A DNA stretch of 64,000 bases from Capsulimonadaceae bacterium (lineage in GTDB: Bacteria; Armatimonadota; Armatimonadia; Armatimonadales; Capsulimonadaceae): contig OZ244065.1 in NCBI GenBank assembly GCA_965215505.1, forward strand, positions 1,792,001 through 1,856,000, in the 5' to 3' direction. Below, piece by piece: positions 38,469-48,659 of the stretch. The notes beneath the pieces are model-generated. The model did not search any database. It had not been told where the DNA came from and worked only from the letters and a program-made list of their open reading frames with translations. The translations under genes and the position numbers were made by a program. Within the stretch, counting starts at the first letter, position 1. Every line of letters begins with the position of its first letter.

Positions 38469-40246
38469 ATGGCGGTCCCTATTTGACGCAGATCGCTCAG
38501 GCCATCGCTCGAGGCGACGCCACCGAACACACCCACCGTGCAGCATGTCCACCCTCCAAACGCTGCTCCAGAGCCTCGCGCCGGGCGTCGCCGCCACCAA
38601 CGAGCCGAAGCGGATCAAGTGCGGAGCGCCGGACTACATCCTCACGCGCGGCGAGACGCCGCTGGGCTATGTGGAGGCCAAAGACGTCGGCGAGCTGCTG
38701 GACAAGACCGAGAGAACCGGCCAGATGCGCCGGTATTTGGAGAGCCTCGGCAACCTCATCCTCACCGACTATCTGGAGTTCCGCGGGTACGTCAGCGGCC
38801 GGCACCGCCTGACGGCGCGGCTCGGGACGGGCGGGGGTAAGAAGCCGCTCGTGGTGGAGCCGGACGGGGAGGCGCAAGTCAAGGCGCTGCTCCTAGCATT
38901 CTGTGACGCCCAGGTGCCGACCGTCGGCAGCCCGAAGGAGCTGGCCGGGCGCATGGCGAACCTCGCCAGACTGGTCCGGGACACCATCAGCCGCGCGCTC
39001 ATGGACGAAGACAAAGGCGGGACGCTGCACCAGCAGTTCGAGGGATTCCGCAAGACGTTGCTCCATGACCTGACGCCGGACGCCTTCGCGGACATGTACG
39101 CGCAGACCATCGCCTACGGCCTGTTCGCCGCCCGATGCAGCCTCACCCTTGCGGCCAAGCCGGGGCAGCGGTTCACGCGGTTCCTCCCGCCCCACCAGTT
39201 GCCCAAGACGAACCCGTTCCTCCGCAAGACCTTCGGCTACATCGTCGGGCCGGACCTGGATGAGCGCGTCGTCTGGATCGTGGATGACCTAGCCGAGTTG
39301 CTGGACCGGACCGACATGGAAGCGATTTTAACGGACTTCGGGCATCGGACGCGGCAGGAAGACCCGGTAGTCCACTTCTACGAGACGTTCCTGGGGGCGT
39401 GTGACCCAAAGATGTGGGAAGCGCGCGGCGTCTACTACACGCCGGAGCCGGGCGTCTCCTACATCGTCCTCAGTGTGGATCACCCGCTGAAGTCCGACTT
39501 CGGCCTGGCGGACGCGGAAAAGATCACCGTCAAGACGCCGGACGGCACGGGGACGCGGCAGGTCCACCGGGTCCAGATCCTTGACCCGGCGACCGGCACT
39601 GGGACGTTACTGTATGGCGTGATTGACCACATCACCGAGACGTTTGTGAACAACAAGGGGATGTGGAGCGGCTACGTCTCGGAACATCTGCTGCCGCGCC
39701 TGTTTGGCCTCGAGTTTCTGATGGCCCCTTACGCCATCGCCCATTTGAAGCTCGGCTTGCAGCTCGCCGAGAGCGGCTATGACATTGAGAGCGACGAGCG
39801 GCTGGGCGTCTTCCTGACGAACACGCCAGGGGGGCCGTTGATGTGGCCGGCAGCCTGTGTGCATCGGGCGGCGAACTCGTGAGCCTGCACCTGATGGAGA
39901 TGCCGGACCGGCGACCGTCACCTACCCGGTCGCCCTGCCGAACTCGGACGGGGCGAGGGACACGGTGGAGGCCGTGCGCTACGCCGAACCGACTGGCAGC
40001 GAGCCGGGCCGGGTCTACATCAACAGGGCGCAATACTTTGATGGGATGAGGGCGGACGTGTGGGCGTTCCAGGTGGGGGGCTATCAGGTCTGTCAGAAGT
40101 GGCTCAAGGACCGTAAGGGGCGGACGCTGATTTATGACGACATCCGGCACTACCAGGGCGTCGTGGCCGCGCTGGGCGAGACGATCCGGCTGATAGGGGC
40201 CATTGACGAGGTTATAGACGATCACGGCGGCTGGCCGCTGGGGTGA
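38469..40246 (+). pseudogene. Decayed single-chain restriction-modification enzyme (Type IIG/ISP-like N6-adenine MTase)
   Basis: GDATEHTHR in one frame, then a frameshift to PDY...YVEAK, FADMYAQT, HFYETFL, GVYYTP, ILDPATGTGT. It breaks after LTNT and jumps to the C-terminal GGYQVCQKWLKDRKGR; no NPPY motif. Confidence 0.85.
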
Positions 40247-40441
40247 CGGGCAAGGAAGCCCGGCCTTGAAAGGCCGGGCTACTGCTGAGTGAAAGTCGCT
40301 CTGCGACTAGGAGGGGGCGGGCGGGGGGGCGAACCCAAGGTTCGCCCCTACGATCTGCACGTCTTCGCACGCGGTCTTTTCAGCCCCGGAGGGGGGTTCG
40401 TTCAAGAGTAGCCCAGCCTTGAAAGGCCGGGAATTTTCTCT

Positions 40442-40945
40442 TTACCGCCCATCGCGATAATAGCCGCCGCCGACGGCACCCCGGAAGACACGGCCGTCTT
40501 GGAAGGCCCGGCCGTCGCCGAAGCCGCCGGGGGGCTGGGCCAGAGGTGCCCAGGCGAGAGCGATGTCATAGTGCCCACGGCCCGGCTGGGGGTCGTGGAT
40601 GCGGACGGTCGCGGTGAAGTCGTTGCCCGGATTGGGCTGCTGGACGACGCGCACCTGGCCACGCCCGGCCCGCCGGGTCAGGAAGACGCGGATGGGGCCG
40701 TGCGGCAGGCGGTCGAAAACCTGGGCGGAGGTCTGTGTGGAGCCTTTGCCGGAGACATCGCGCGTCCGCACGTCGCGGCTATGGAAGGTAACGAGGGTGG
40801 TGTCGTCCACGTCCCCGCTCCAGATCATGGCGGGCCGGGGGTCAGCGTGGGCCGGGGCGGCGGTCGTGCCGAGAGCGGTCAGCGCGAGGGCCACGCCCCC
40901 CACGGACAGGGCGGCGCATCGTTTCAGGGTGGTATATGGTTTCAT
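40442..40945 (-). CDS. Hypothetical secreted protein
   Basis: Signal peptide ending AHA-D; beta-rich body (WSGDVD, GRG.VRVVQQP...NDFTA.V.I.DP..G). Confidence 0.7.
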   Translation of the reverse strand: MKPYTTLKRCAALSVGGVALALTALGTTAAPAHADPRPAMIWSGDVDDTTLVTFHSRDVRTRDVSGKGSTQTSAQVFDRLPHGPIRVFLTRRAGRGQVRVVQQPNPGNDFTATVRIHDPQPGRGHYDIALAWAPLAQPPGGFGDGRAFQDGRVFRGAVGGGYYRDGR

Positions 40946-41059
40946 GGTCGTTGCTCTTTCTGTTTGGCGGTCATTCAGGGCCGGGCGCGCGGCCCGGCTG
41001 TTTTTACTGACGGCAGACGCGCCGAAAAAGTTCGCTCCCGTCGGACGGCCGGACGCAGC

Positions 41060-41093
41060 GCGGGCCACGGTCCTGAACAGGACCGTGGCCCGC
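41060..41093. terminator. Perfect 16-bp-arm hairpin downstream of 41140-41415
   Basis: gcgggccacggtcctg-aa-caggaccgtggcccgc; no adjacent U tract. Confidence 0.5.
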
Positions 41094-41139
41094 ATCTGTG
41101 GTGTGTCCGTCAGGCGGCCCCCCGTCAGGCGGCCCCCCG

Positions 41140-41415
41140 TCAGGCGGCCTTGCGGCCCGGCTCGTCTGCCTGCCCGATCTGCGCTAGGACGCTGTCCAAT
41201 GCCTCACGGCGCAGTTCCTGCGTGTGCTGCGCCCGCCGCAGATCCTCCTCGGCCTCCCGTCGCCCCTGCCGCCACCCGGTCAGGGTGTCCCAAAACAGCC
41301 GACGGAGGAGGAAATACCCTGCCGTGCCGAGTGCCGCCGCCAGGCAGAGGAAAAAGATGAGTAGTGCCACAGTGAACCCCTTTCGGAATACCGCCTTGAT
41401 GGCCGCCTTGGTCAT
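41140..41415 (-). CDS. Small hypothetical membrane protein
   Basis: One TM helix followed by a charged coiled-coil-like tail. Confidence 0.5.
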   Translation of the reverse strand: MTKAAIKAVFRKGFTVALLIFFLCLAAALGTAGYFLLRRLFWDTLTGWRQGRREAEEDLRRAQHTQELRREALDSVLAQIGQADEPGRKAA

Positions 41416-41493
41416 CGGCAGGGTCCATTGTCGGCAGACGGGGACAGTTCCGTTAGCTCCGGGGGACGGCGGGGGATGAGGGAGGAGGGCGCG

Positions 41494-44295
41494 TCAGGCA
41501 TCGGCGTGGGCGCGCAGGAAGGCCCGGACGCAGGCGGGGTCCCATTGCACCCCCGCGCCTTCTTCCAGGAGGCGGAGTGCCTGGGCGCCGTCCATCCCGC
41601 GGCGGTAGGGGCGGTCCGAGGTCATGGCGCTGAAGGAGTCGGCGACGGACAGCAGGCGGGCGGTGAGGGGGATGGCCTCGCCGCCCAGCCCGTCGGGGTA
41701 GCCCGCGCCGTCCCAGCGCTCGTGGTGGTGGCGGACGGCGGCCAGCGCGCCGGGCGCGGCTTCCTCCAGGCCGGGCACGGACCCGATGATGACGGCCCCC
41801 ATGAGGGGGTGCTGTCGGATGGCCTCGGCCTCAGCGTCCGACAGCCGGCCAGGCTTGCGGAGGATCTGGTCGGGGACGCCGATCTTGCCCACGTCGTGCA
41901 GCAGGGCGGCCACGGCCACGGTCCGGCGGGCCTCATCGTCCAGGCCGAGCGCGCGGGCGATCTCCAGCCCGTAGGCCATGACGTCCTCGGAGTGGCGGCG
42001 CGTGTAGCGGTCCTTGGCACCCACCGCCGTCACGAGCGCGTCCAGCATGGAGAAGCCCGCGACCGAGTCGCGCAGCGCGCCGCGCACCCGCTCGGCGTCG
42101 CCCTCCGGCGTCTCGCGCACGCCGGACTTGGCGAGATACAGCCGCTTGTCGGCCAGGGCGATGGCCTCGGCGCGCGAGAGGCCCTCGTCCGGGAAGACGG
42201 CAAGCCCGACGGACAGATGCAGCGGCACGTCCTCGGCCCCGCCCGGTGGGCGGATGGTGACGTCCTCCAGGCTTTGCGCGAGCCGGGCGGCGACGGCTTC
42301 GCTCTCGGCGAGCCCGACGCCGGGCATCAGCACGGCGAACTCGTCGCCGCCATAGCGGGCGGGCGTGTCGTAGGGCCGGCAGCAAGACCGCAGGGCGTCG
42401 GCCACCCGGAGCAGGGCGTCGTCGCCGACGGGATGGCCGTAGGCGTCGTTGAAGTACTTGAAGTTGTCCAGGTCCAGCATGGCGACGGCCAGGAAGCCGC
42501 CCTCCCGCCGGGCGCGGTCGGTCTCCTCCTCCAGCTTCTTCTGGAAGGCGCGGTGGTTCAGCAGGCCCGTCAGCGGGTCGCGATCGGCCCGCTCGGTCGT
42601 CTCGGCCAGCAGCACCTCGGTCTGGGCCAGGAGTTCCTCGGTCCGGGCCAGGAGCCGCGCCCGCTCGCGCTCGGCCCCCTTCTGGGCGGTGATGTCGCGC
42701 ACGATGAACGCGCGGCCCGTTCGCCCGTCCTGGGCGTCGTGGACCGGGGAGAAGGTGACGGCGACCTCGCGCCGCGTCCCGTCTTTGTGCCGGCGGACCG
42801 CCTCGTATTCCAGGACATCGCCCGCCCTTTCCAGGCTCTCCAGCAGGCGGCGCGTGTCCTCAACCGTCTGCTCGGGGGGGAAGGTGAGACCGAGGTCTTT
42901 GCCGATCGCCTCTTCCGGGGTCCAGCCGTAAAGTCGTTCCGCACCCCGGTTCCAAGAGCGGATCGTGCAGTCCAGGTCCGTGCTGAAGATGGCCTCGTGC
43001 GAGTTCTCGACGATCAGGGCCAGCCGGCGCGTCTCCGCCTCGGCCTCCTTCTGGGCGGTGACGTCGCGCACGATGAACGCGCGGCCCGTCTGCCCGCCCT
43101 GGGCGTCGTGGACCGGGGAGAAGGTGACGGCGATGTCGCGCCGCGCCCCGTCTTTACGCACCCGCACCCCCTCATATTCCCGCTCCGGCCGCTCCCTCTC
43201 TAGGGCGGTCAGCATCAGGCTGGTCTCCTCCCAGGTCAGCCCCGGCGGGAAGGTCAGGTGGATGGGCCGCCCGACGATCTCCTCGGCCGGCCACCCGTAG
43301 AGGCGCTCCGCGCCCCGGTTCCAGGAGAGGACGGTCCCTTGCAGATCGGTGCTGATGATGGCGTCGCGCGAGTTCTCGACGATCAGGGCCAGGCGCCGCG
43401 CCGCCGCCTCGGCCTGCCGCGTCGCCTCCTCGACCTCCCACCGGGCGGTGATGTCCACGGCGGACACTAGGAACCCGGTCACCGCGCCGTCCGGCCCGCG
43501 CTCGGGCGCGTAGGCGCACTGGACGAACCGAACGCCGGTCGTGCTGTAAGGGATCGGGAGGTCAAACCGCACCGACTCGCCGGCGAGGACGCGGTCCACA
43601 TAGGGCCGGAGGGCTTCATAGGCGTCTTCGCCGAGGACCTCGGTCAGCGTCTTCCCGATCACTGAGGCGACGGGAATGCCCAGCAGATCCTCGTAGGCGC
43701 GGTTGGCGAATGTGTAGCGGCATTCGAGGTCCATCCGGGCGATGAGGACCGGGACATTGTCGGCCAGTTCCTGCAAGCGGCCCTCGCGGGCGCGGGCCTC
43801 GGCCTCGGCCTCCACGCGGCCGGTGACATCCATGGAGACGCCGGTGATCCCGCTGACGCGGCCCGCCGCGTCGCGCACGACCTGACCCTTGGCCTCCATC
43901 CAGCGTGTCGCCCCGTCGGGGCGGATGATGCGGTAGAAAGCGTGATGGTCGCGGCCCGTCTCCAGAGTCAGCCGGGCGTCCTCGGCGAACGAGGCGCGGT
44001 CGCCGGGGTGGACGAAGTCCAGCATGGCCTCAAGCGTCCCGCCGAAACCGCCCGGCGGCAGTCCGACGAGTGCCTCCAAGTCGGGGGAGCAGGTGACGGA
44101 ATTCGTGGCGAGGTCCCAGGCCCATGCGCCCAGCCCGCCGGCGCTAAGGGCGCGCGCCTGGAGTGCGTGTGCGGCCTTCCGGTGGGCTGCGGACGCGGCG
44201 CGGCGCGCGGCATGGCGTCGGGCCTCAGGCGTGGGGGCCAGAGTCTTTACTGTCTTTCTGCGGCGGGTGGTCATGGACTCTTCGGCTTCTCTCAC
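41494..44295 (-). CDS. PAS x4 - GGDEF - HD-GYP cyclic-di-GMP signalling protein (start possibly ATG 44274)
   Basis: Four PAS/PAC units; DPLTGLLN, RPYD I-site, YGGDEF; LLHDVGK, HHERWDG.GYP, DRPYR. Confidence 0.93.
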   Translation of the reverse strand: MREAEESMTTRRRKTVKTLAPTPEARRHAARRAASAAHRKAAHALQARALSAGGLGAWAWDLATNSVTCSPDLEALVGLPPGGFGGTLEAMLDFVHPGDRASFAEDARLTLETGRDHHAFYRIIRPDGATRWMEAKGQVVRDAAGRVSGITGVSMDVTGRVEAEAEARAREGRLQELADNVPVLIARMDLECRYTFANRAYEDLLGIPVASVIGKTLTEVLGEDAYEALRPYVDRVLAGESVRFDLPIPYSTTGVRFVQCAYAPERGPDGAVTGFLVSAVDITARWEVEEATRQAEAAARRLALIVENSRDAIISTDLQGTVLSWNRGAERLYGWPAEEIVGRPIHLTFPPGLTWEETSLMLTALERERPEREYEGVRVRKDGARRDIAVTFSPVHDAQGGQTGRAFIVRDVTAQKEAEAETRRLALIVENSHEAIFSTDLDCTIRSWNRGAERLYGWTPEEAIGKDLGLTFPPEQTVEDTRRLLESLERAGDVLEYEAVRRHKDGTRREVAVTFSPVHDAQDGRTGRAFIVRDITAQKGAERERARLLARTEELLAQTEVLLAETTERADRDPLTGLLNHRAFQKKLEEETDRARREGGFLAVAMLDLDNFKYFNDAYGHPVGDDALLRVADALRSCCRPYDTPARYGGDEFAVLMPGVGLAESEAVAARLAQSLEDVTIRPPGGAEDVPLHLSVGLAVFPDEGLSRAEAIALADKRLYLAKSGVRETPEGDAERVRGALRDSVAGFSMLDALVTAVGAKDRYTRRHSEDVMAYGLEIARALGLDDEARRTVAVAALLHDVGKIGVPDQILRKPGRLSDAEAEAIRQHPLMGAVIIGSVPGLEEAAPGALAAVRHHHERWDGAGYPDGLGGEAIPLTARLLSVADSFSAMTSDRPYRRGMDGAQALRLLEEGAGVQWDPACVRAFLRAHADA

Positions 44296-44542
44296 GGGCA
44301 GTACGCGCCCGCCCTTGTGTCACTAACGAGTCAACACACTTTCCATCTCAATATGTCCTTCTATTATTCCACACATTCACCGAAACCGCGCGGATGTATG
44401 CCTGGCGGACACGGCAGCCCTCCATGCAGGGCAGACAGGGGTAGAAAGGGCAGACACGGGAGATCGGCCGACGTATGCCTGACGGCGGTACAATCCCCAC
44501 CCTGGCGGGAACCGTGTGCCGCCCCCATGCGTTGAAAAAGGC

Positions 44543-45952
44543 ATGAAAGCACTACTCTTACTCCCCGCCGCATTGCTCGCCACGGGGTCTGCCTACGCCG
44601 TCCACCATGTCTCCAAGTCCGTCACTTCCAAGCCGGTCATGCCGGTCACAGGCTCCGTCACCGGGCAGAAAGTCGCCCCGCTGGTCCGCACCCCCGCCCA
44701 GTCGGCTGGCCTGCTCACCGGCCCCGCCGCCTTCGGCGACTGGTCCACCGACGCGCCGGGCGTCCGCCGCCTGATTCGCGTGGGCGACCTGCCCGCGCCG
44801 CATGCGACGCCCTCCTCCGACCACGGGGCGGACATGGCCCCGCGGCCCGACGGCGTCTTCCCGAAGGCCCCGGCGGGCTTCAAGGTCGAGCTTTTCGCGT
44901 CGGGCCTGAACAACCCGCGCAAGATCGTGACGGCACCTAACGGCGACCTGTTCGTCGCCGAGAGCGGCGCGAACCGGGTCAAGATCCTGCGGGCCGGCGC
45001 GGGCGCGGGCGCGGTCCAGACGACCTCGGTGTTCGCCGAGGGCCTGCGCCAGCCGTTCGGCATCGCCTTCTACCCGGCGGGGCCGGACCCGAAGTACGTC
45101 TACGTCGCGAACACCGACTCGGTGGTCCGCTTCCCCTACCACAGCGGCGACCTGACCGCGACCGGTCCGGCCGAGGACGTGGTGCCGACGGGCATCCCCG
45201 GCGGCGGGCGGCTGCGCGGCGGCGGGCACTGGACGCGCGACCTCGCCTTCTCGCCGGACGGCAAGACGCTGCTGGTATCGGTCGGCTCGCACTCCAACAA
45301 TGACAACCCGGACACCGAACCCCAGGAGTTCCACCGGGCCGACATCCTGCGCTACACCCCGGACGGCAAGTTCGAGGGCATCTACGCCTCGGGCATCCGC
45401 AACCCGGTCGGCATCACCTACCAGCCCGGCACGGACACGCTCTGGGCCTCGGTGAACGAGCGGGATACTCTAGGCGACATGCTGGTTCCCGACTACGTCA
45501 CGCACGTCACGCCGGGTGCCTTCTACGGCTGGCCCTGGTATTACATGGGCGACCACCACGACCCGCGCTACCCGGACGCCCACCCGGAGCTTGCCGGGCA
45601 CGTCACCGTCCCGGACGTGCTGCTCCAGTCGCACTCGGCGAGTCTGTGCCTGACCTTCTACCCGGCCTCGGGGCCGGCCGCGAAGTTCCCCGCCGCCTAT
45701 CGGGGCATGATCTTCGCCGCCGAACACGGCTCGTGGAACCGGGCCAGCCGGACCGGCTATAAGGTGATCATGGTGCCCGTCGTGAACGGCAAGGCGGCCG
45801 GCGAGTACCAGGACTTCCTGACCGGCTTCGTTACCAATGAGGACGCCGTCTGGGGTCGCCCCGTGGGCGTGACGGTGGCCCGCGACGGGTCGCTGATGGT
45901 GACCGACGACGGTTCCAACAGCGTGTGGCGCGTCTCCTACGTCGGCAAGTAG
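44543..45952 (+). CDS. PQQ-dependent sugar/sorbosone dehydrogenase family protein
   Basis: Signal peptide, FASGLNNPR, HWTRD, GIRNPVG, VNERD, FYGWP, HGSWNR, GRPVGV. Confidence 0.9.
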   Translation: MKALLLLPAALLATGSAYAVHHVSKSVTSKPVMPVTGSVTGQKVAPLVRTPAQSAGLLTGPAAFGDWSTDAPGVRRLIRVGDLPAPHATPSSDHGADMAPRPDGVFPKAPAGFKVELFASGLNNPRKIVTAPNGDLFVAESGANRVKILRAGAGAGAVQTTSVFAEGLRQPFGIAFYPAGPDPKYVYVANTDSVVRFPYHSGDLTATGPAEDVVPTGIPGGGRLRGGGHWTRDLAFSPDGKTLLVSVGSHSNNDNPDTEPQEFHRADILRYTPDGKFEGIYASGIRNPVGITYQPGTDTLWASVNERDTLGDMLVPDYVTHVTPGAFYGWPWYYMGDHHDPRYPDAHPELAGHVTVPDVLLQSHSASLCLTFYPASGPAAKFPAAYRGMIFAAEHGSWNRASRTGYKVIMVPVVNGKAAGEYQDFLTGFVTNEDAVWGRPVGVTVARDGSLMVTDDGSNSVWRVSYVGK

Positions 45953-45980
45953 GGGGTACGGGAGAAAGGACAGAGACAAA

Positions 45981-46018
45981 GGGCGCGGCTTCCTAGATGG
46001 GGAGGCCGCGCCCGTTTC
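45981..46018. terminator. Bidirectional intrinsic terminator
   Basis: 13-bp GC stem between convergent genes, with A/T runs on both sides. Confidence 0.65.
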
Positions 46019-46675
46019 TTATAGAGGCTCCTGCCGGCCTAGGAACTTGGGGCGCGGGTGCGTGACCGTGGCCTGGACCCAGGCGACCTCGGTGGCGGCG
46101 ATCTCGCGCAGGTCGAAGCCGGGCTGCCCGGCGTAGGCGCGCTTGGCGGCGTCCACGCCGACGACGTCCAGCCCCAGCCGGCGGCCCAGGAACAGGGCGC
46201 GGGGGAGGTGGTAGCCCTGCGTCACCAGGATGGCGGAGCGGACGCCGAAGATGTCGCGGGCGCGGTACAGGCTGTCATAGGTGCGGAAGCCCGCGTAGTC
46301 GCAGACGATATCGCGGGCGGGGACGCCCAGCGCCAATGCTTCCTGCCGCATGGCCTCCGGCTCGTTGTAGCCGTCCCGGCTGTTGTCCCCGGTCATCAGC
46401 AGCTTCCGCACCTTGCCGGCCTTGTACAGCTCGACGCCTGTGGCGACGCGGTCAGTCAGGATGTCGCTGGCCGCGCCGAACACGATGGCGACGGGGCGTG
46501 CGGGTGCGGCGGCGACACTGGGGCAGATCAGCCCGCCGTAGCTGCGGACGTTCAGGTAGATCAAGACGCTTCCCAAACCCAGGACCGTCAGCAGGACCCA
46601 GAAGACGCGCCACAGGCGGCGCTTGCGGTCAGGGGGGGAGGGCGGCTTTCGAGGCGGGCGGGGCAGTGTCTTCAT
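46019..46675 (-). CDS. SanA/ElyC/YdcF (DUF218) family protein
   Basis: N-terminal TM, LLMTGDN...YNEP, DYAGFRTYDS, TQ.YHLPRA, RE..A. Confidence 0.9.
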   Translation of the reverse strand: MKTLPRPPRKPPSPPDRKRRLWRVFWVLLTVLGLGSVLIYLNVRSYGGLICPSVAAAPARPVAIVFGAASDILTDRVATGVELYKAGKVRKLLMTGDNSRDGYNEPEAMRQEALALGVPARDIVCDYAGFRTYDSLYRARDIFGVRSAILVTQGYHLPRALFLGRRLGLDVVGVDAAKRAYAGQPGFDLREIAATEVAWVQATVTHPRPKFLGRQEPL

Positions 46676-46721
46676 GCCCTACCATTCGGCCATGTTGCCG
46701 TGTTGTCCTGCGCGCGTGCTG

Positions 46722-47159
46722 TCAGGGCTGGTGCCAGCCGAACTGGACAGCGGTTTTCCGGCGGTGGCACCGGACGCAACGGACCTCACACTTGGCGATC
46801 TCCAGGAGGATTGTCTTCCAAGGAAAACCCGACGACACTAACTGCGAGACGGCACCACGTTTCACGCCACGAACATGGTCAAAATCGAGCATCAGAAGTT
46901 CCGTGTCACCACAGTGTACACAGGGATGGTCCATGAGGTAAACGTTCAGGCGGTCGCGGTTCATGCGGACATACTGCCTACGCCTCATGTTCACATTCAC
47001 GATATGCTTCTCTTTGTTCTCATGATACCAGCGGTTCTGATACTCACGTTTGCACTCACGGCAATGAGTCTGCAAACCGTCGCGCTTGGCATTATTGATG
47101 CCGAAGTCCGAAGAAGCCTTGACGACGCCGCACCCGCAGCACTTCTTTTCCATCAGCAT
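46722..47159 (-). CDS. Phage-like zinc-finger/HNH endonuclease family protein
   Basis: AAGGAGG RBS; CxxC..K....F...DGL...CxxC; PCxxCG...LDFDH...EIAKCEVRCxxCHRRKT; clearly lower GC than its neighbours. Confidence 0.8.
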   Translation of the reverse strand: MLMEKKCCGCGVVKASSDFGINNAKRDGLQTHCRECKREYQNRWYHENKEKHIVNVNMRRRQYVRMNRDRLNVYLMDHPCVHCGDTELLMLDFDHVRGVKRGAVSQLVSSGFPWKTILLEIAKCEVRCVRCHRRKTAVQFGWHQP

Positions 47160-47229
47160 TCGTACCCTCCTTAGCCCGACTGAAAAAGAAAACGGTCCTT
47201 GCTCGATGTACGAACAAAGACCGTTTGAT

Positions 47230-47306
47230 TGGTGCCCCCAGTAAGGGTCGAACTTACGACAACCCACTTAAGAGGCGGGTGCTCTAACCAACTGAGCTAT
47301 GGAGGC
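47230..47306 (-). tRNA. tRNA-Lys(CTT)
   Basis: Cloverleaf GCCTCCA..GCTC-AGTTGGTTA-GAGC..CCCGC-CTCTTAA-GTGGG..GTAAG-TTCGACC-CTTAC-TGGGGGC-A-CCA. Confidence 0.95.
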
Positions 47307-47435
47307 GATGCCTGTCTTCCTGTGAGGAACAAGCCTATTATACTCAGGGGAAGGAGAAAAATCAAGCCGTTTGCAGATAATCAGTGTAAGATTTTTCGGT
47401 GTTCGCGCGGCAAGCGGCGCGGGTAAGATGTGCCA

Positions 47436-48659
47436 ATGAACTCCCCCACCCTCCTCACACGCCCGCAGGCCGGCGGGCGGGACTGGCGCGTCGTGGCCGT
47501 GGCGCTGGCCGGCTTCTGCACGTTCCTGGACCTGTACGCGACCCAGCCGCTGCTGCCGCTGTTCGTGCGATTGTTCCACGCGCCGACGGCGCGGGTCAGC
47601 CTGACGGTGAGCGCGACGACCTTGGCGGTCGCCCTGGCCGCGCCGTTCGCGGGGCTGCTGGCGGACCGGGTGGGGCGCAAGCCGGTGATCGTGGCCTCGA
47701 TCTTCGGGCTGGTCGTGCCGACGGCCCTGGCCGCGACGGCGTCCACGCTGCACGCCCTGATCTTCTGGCGGCTGCTGCAAGGGCTGTGCATGCCGGGCAT
47801 CTTCGGGGTGATGATGGCCTACATCAGCGAGGAGTGGTCGGGCGGCGCGGGGTCGGCGATGGCCGGGTATGTCACCGGGAACGTCCTGGGCGGCTTCTGC
47901 GGGCGGTTCCTGACGGGCCTGATCGCGGAGCATTTCGGCTGGCGGGAGGCCTTCGCCGTGCTGGCGGGGCTGAACCTATTGGGGGCGGTGTCTGTGTGGC
48001 GCTGGCTGCCGCCCTCGCGCCGGTTCCAGCCCGAAACCGACTGGCGCGCGTCGCTGCGGGCGATGGCGGGACACCTGCGGAACCCGGCTTTGCTTGCGAC
48101 ATATGCGGTCGGCTTCAACGTCCTGTTCTCGCTGGTGGCGACCTTCACCTATGTCACGTTCTACCTGGCCGCGCCGCCGTTTCGATTGGGGACACTCGCG
48201 CTCGGGTCCGTCTTCCTGACCTATCTGCTGGGCGCGGTCGTGACGCCGCTGGGCGGGCGGTGGATCGACCGCTTCGGGCCGCGCATCGCACTGGCGGCGG
48301 CGCTGGCCGTGTCCGGTGGGGGCGTCCTGCTGACGCTGGCATCGCGCCTCCCGCTGGTCATCGCGGGGCTGGCGCTGTGCTGCTCCGGCGTGTTCGTCTG
48401 CCAGTCGGCGGCCAGCAGCTTCGTGGGGAAGGCCGCGGGGCGGGCGAGGTCGTCGGCGACGGGGCTGTATGTAACCTTCTACTACACGGGCGGCAGCGTC
48501 GGGGCGACCCTGACGGGCCTGTTCTGGGCGCGCGGCGGCTGGCCCACCTGCGTCCTGCTGGTCGTGGGCGTGCAGGCGGTGACGGCGGCGGTGGCGCTGG
48601 CGTTCTGGCGGGACCGCAAGCAGGATTCGGGCCGGCTTTCGCGAATTGAATCGCCATGA
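47436..48659 (+). CDS. MFS transporter (YnfM-like)
   Basis: LYATQPLLP, motif A GLLADRVGRK, AYISEE, ~12 TMs, YY.GGS.G. Confidence 0.9.
   Translation: MNSPTLLTRPQAGGRDWRVVAVALAGFCTFLDLYATQPLLPLFVRLFHAPTARVSLTVSATTLAVALAAPFAGLLADRVGRKPVIVASIFGLVVPTALAATASTLHALIFWRLLQGLCMPGIFGVMMAYISEEWSGGAGSAMAGYVTGNVLGGFCGRFLTGLIAEHFGWREAFAVLAGLNLLGAVSVWRWLPPSRRFQPETDWRASLRAMAGHLRNPALLATYAVGFNVLFSLVATFTYVTFYLAAPPFRLGTLALGSVFLTYLLGAVVTPLGGRWIDRFGPRIALAAALAVSGGGVLLTLASRLPLVIAGLALCCSGVFVCQSAASSFVGKAAGRARSSATGLYVTFYYTGGSVGATLTGLFWARGGWPTCVLLVVGVQAVTAAVALAFWRDRKQDSGRLSRIESP

Noticed and set aside
41428-43203. Long antisense or alternative-frame ORFs (also 21707-23341, 26206-27912, 49438-50823, 56431-57903, 3586-4833)
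   Set aside because: Shadow ORFs of well-supported genes, expected at this GC content; no motifs of their own.
46680-47306. Prophage or genomic island integrated at tRNA-Lys
   Set aside because: No integrase, no att duplication found, and only one foreign-looking gene.
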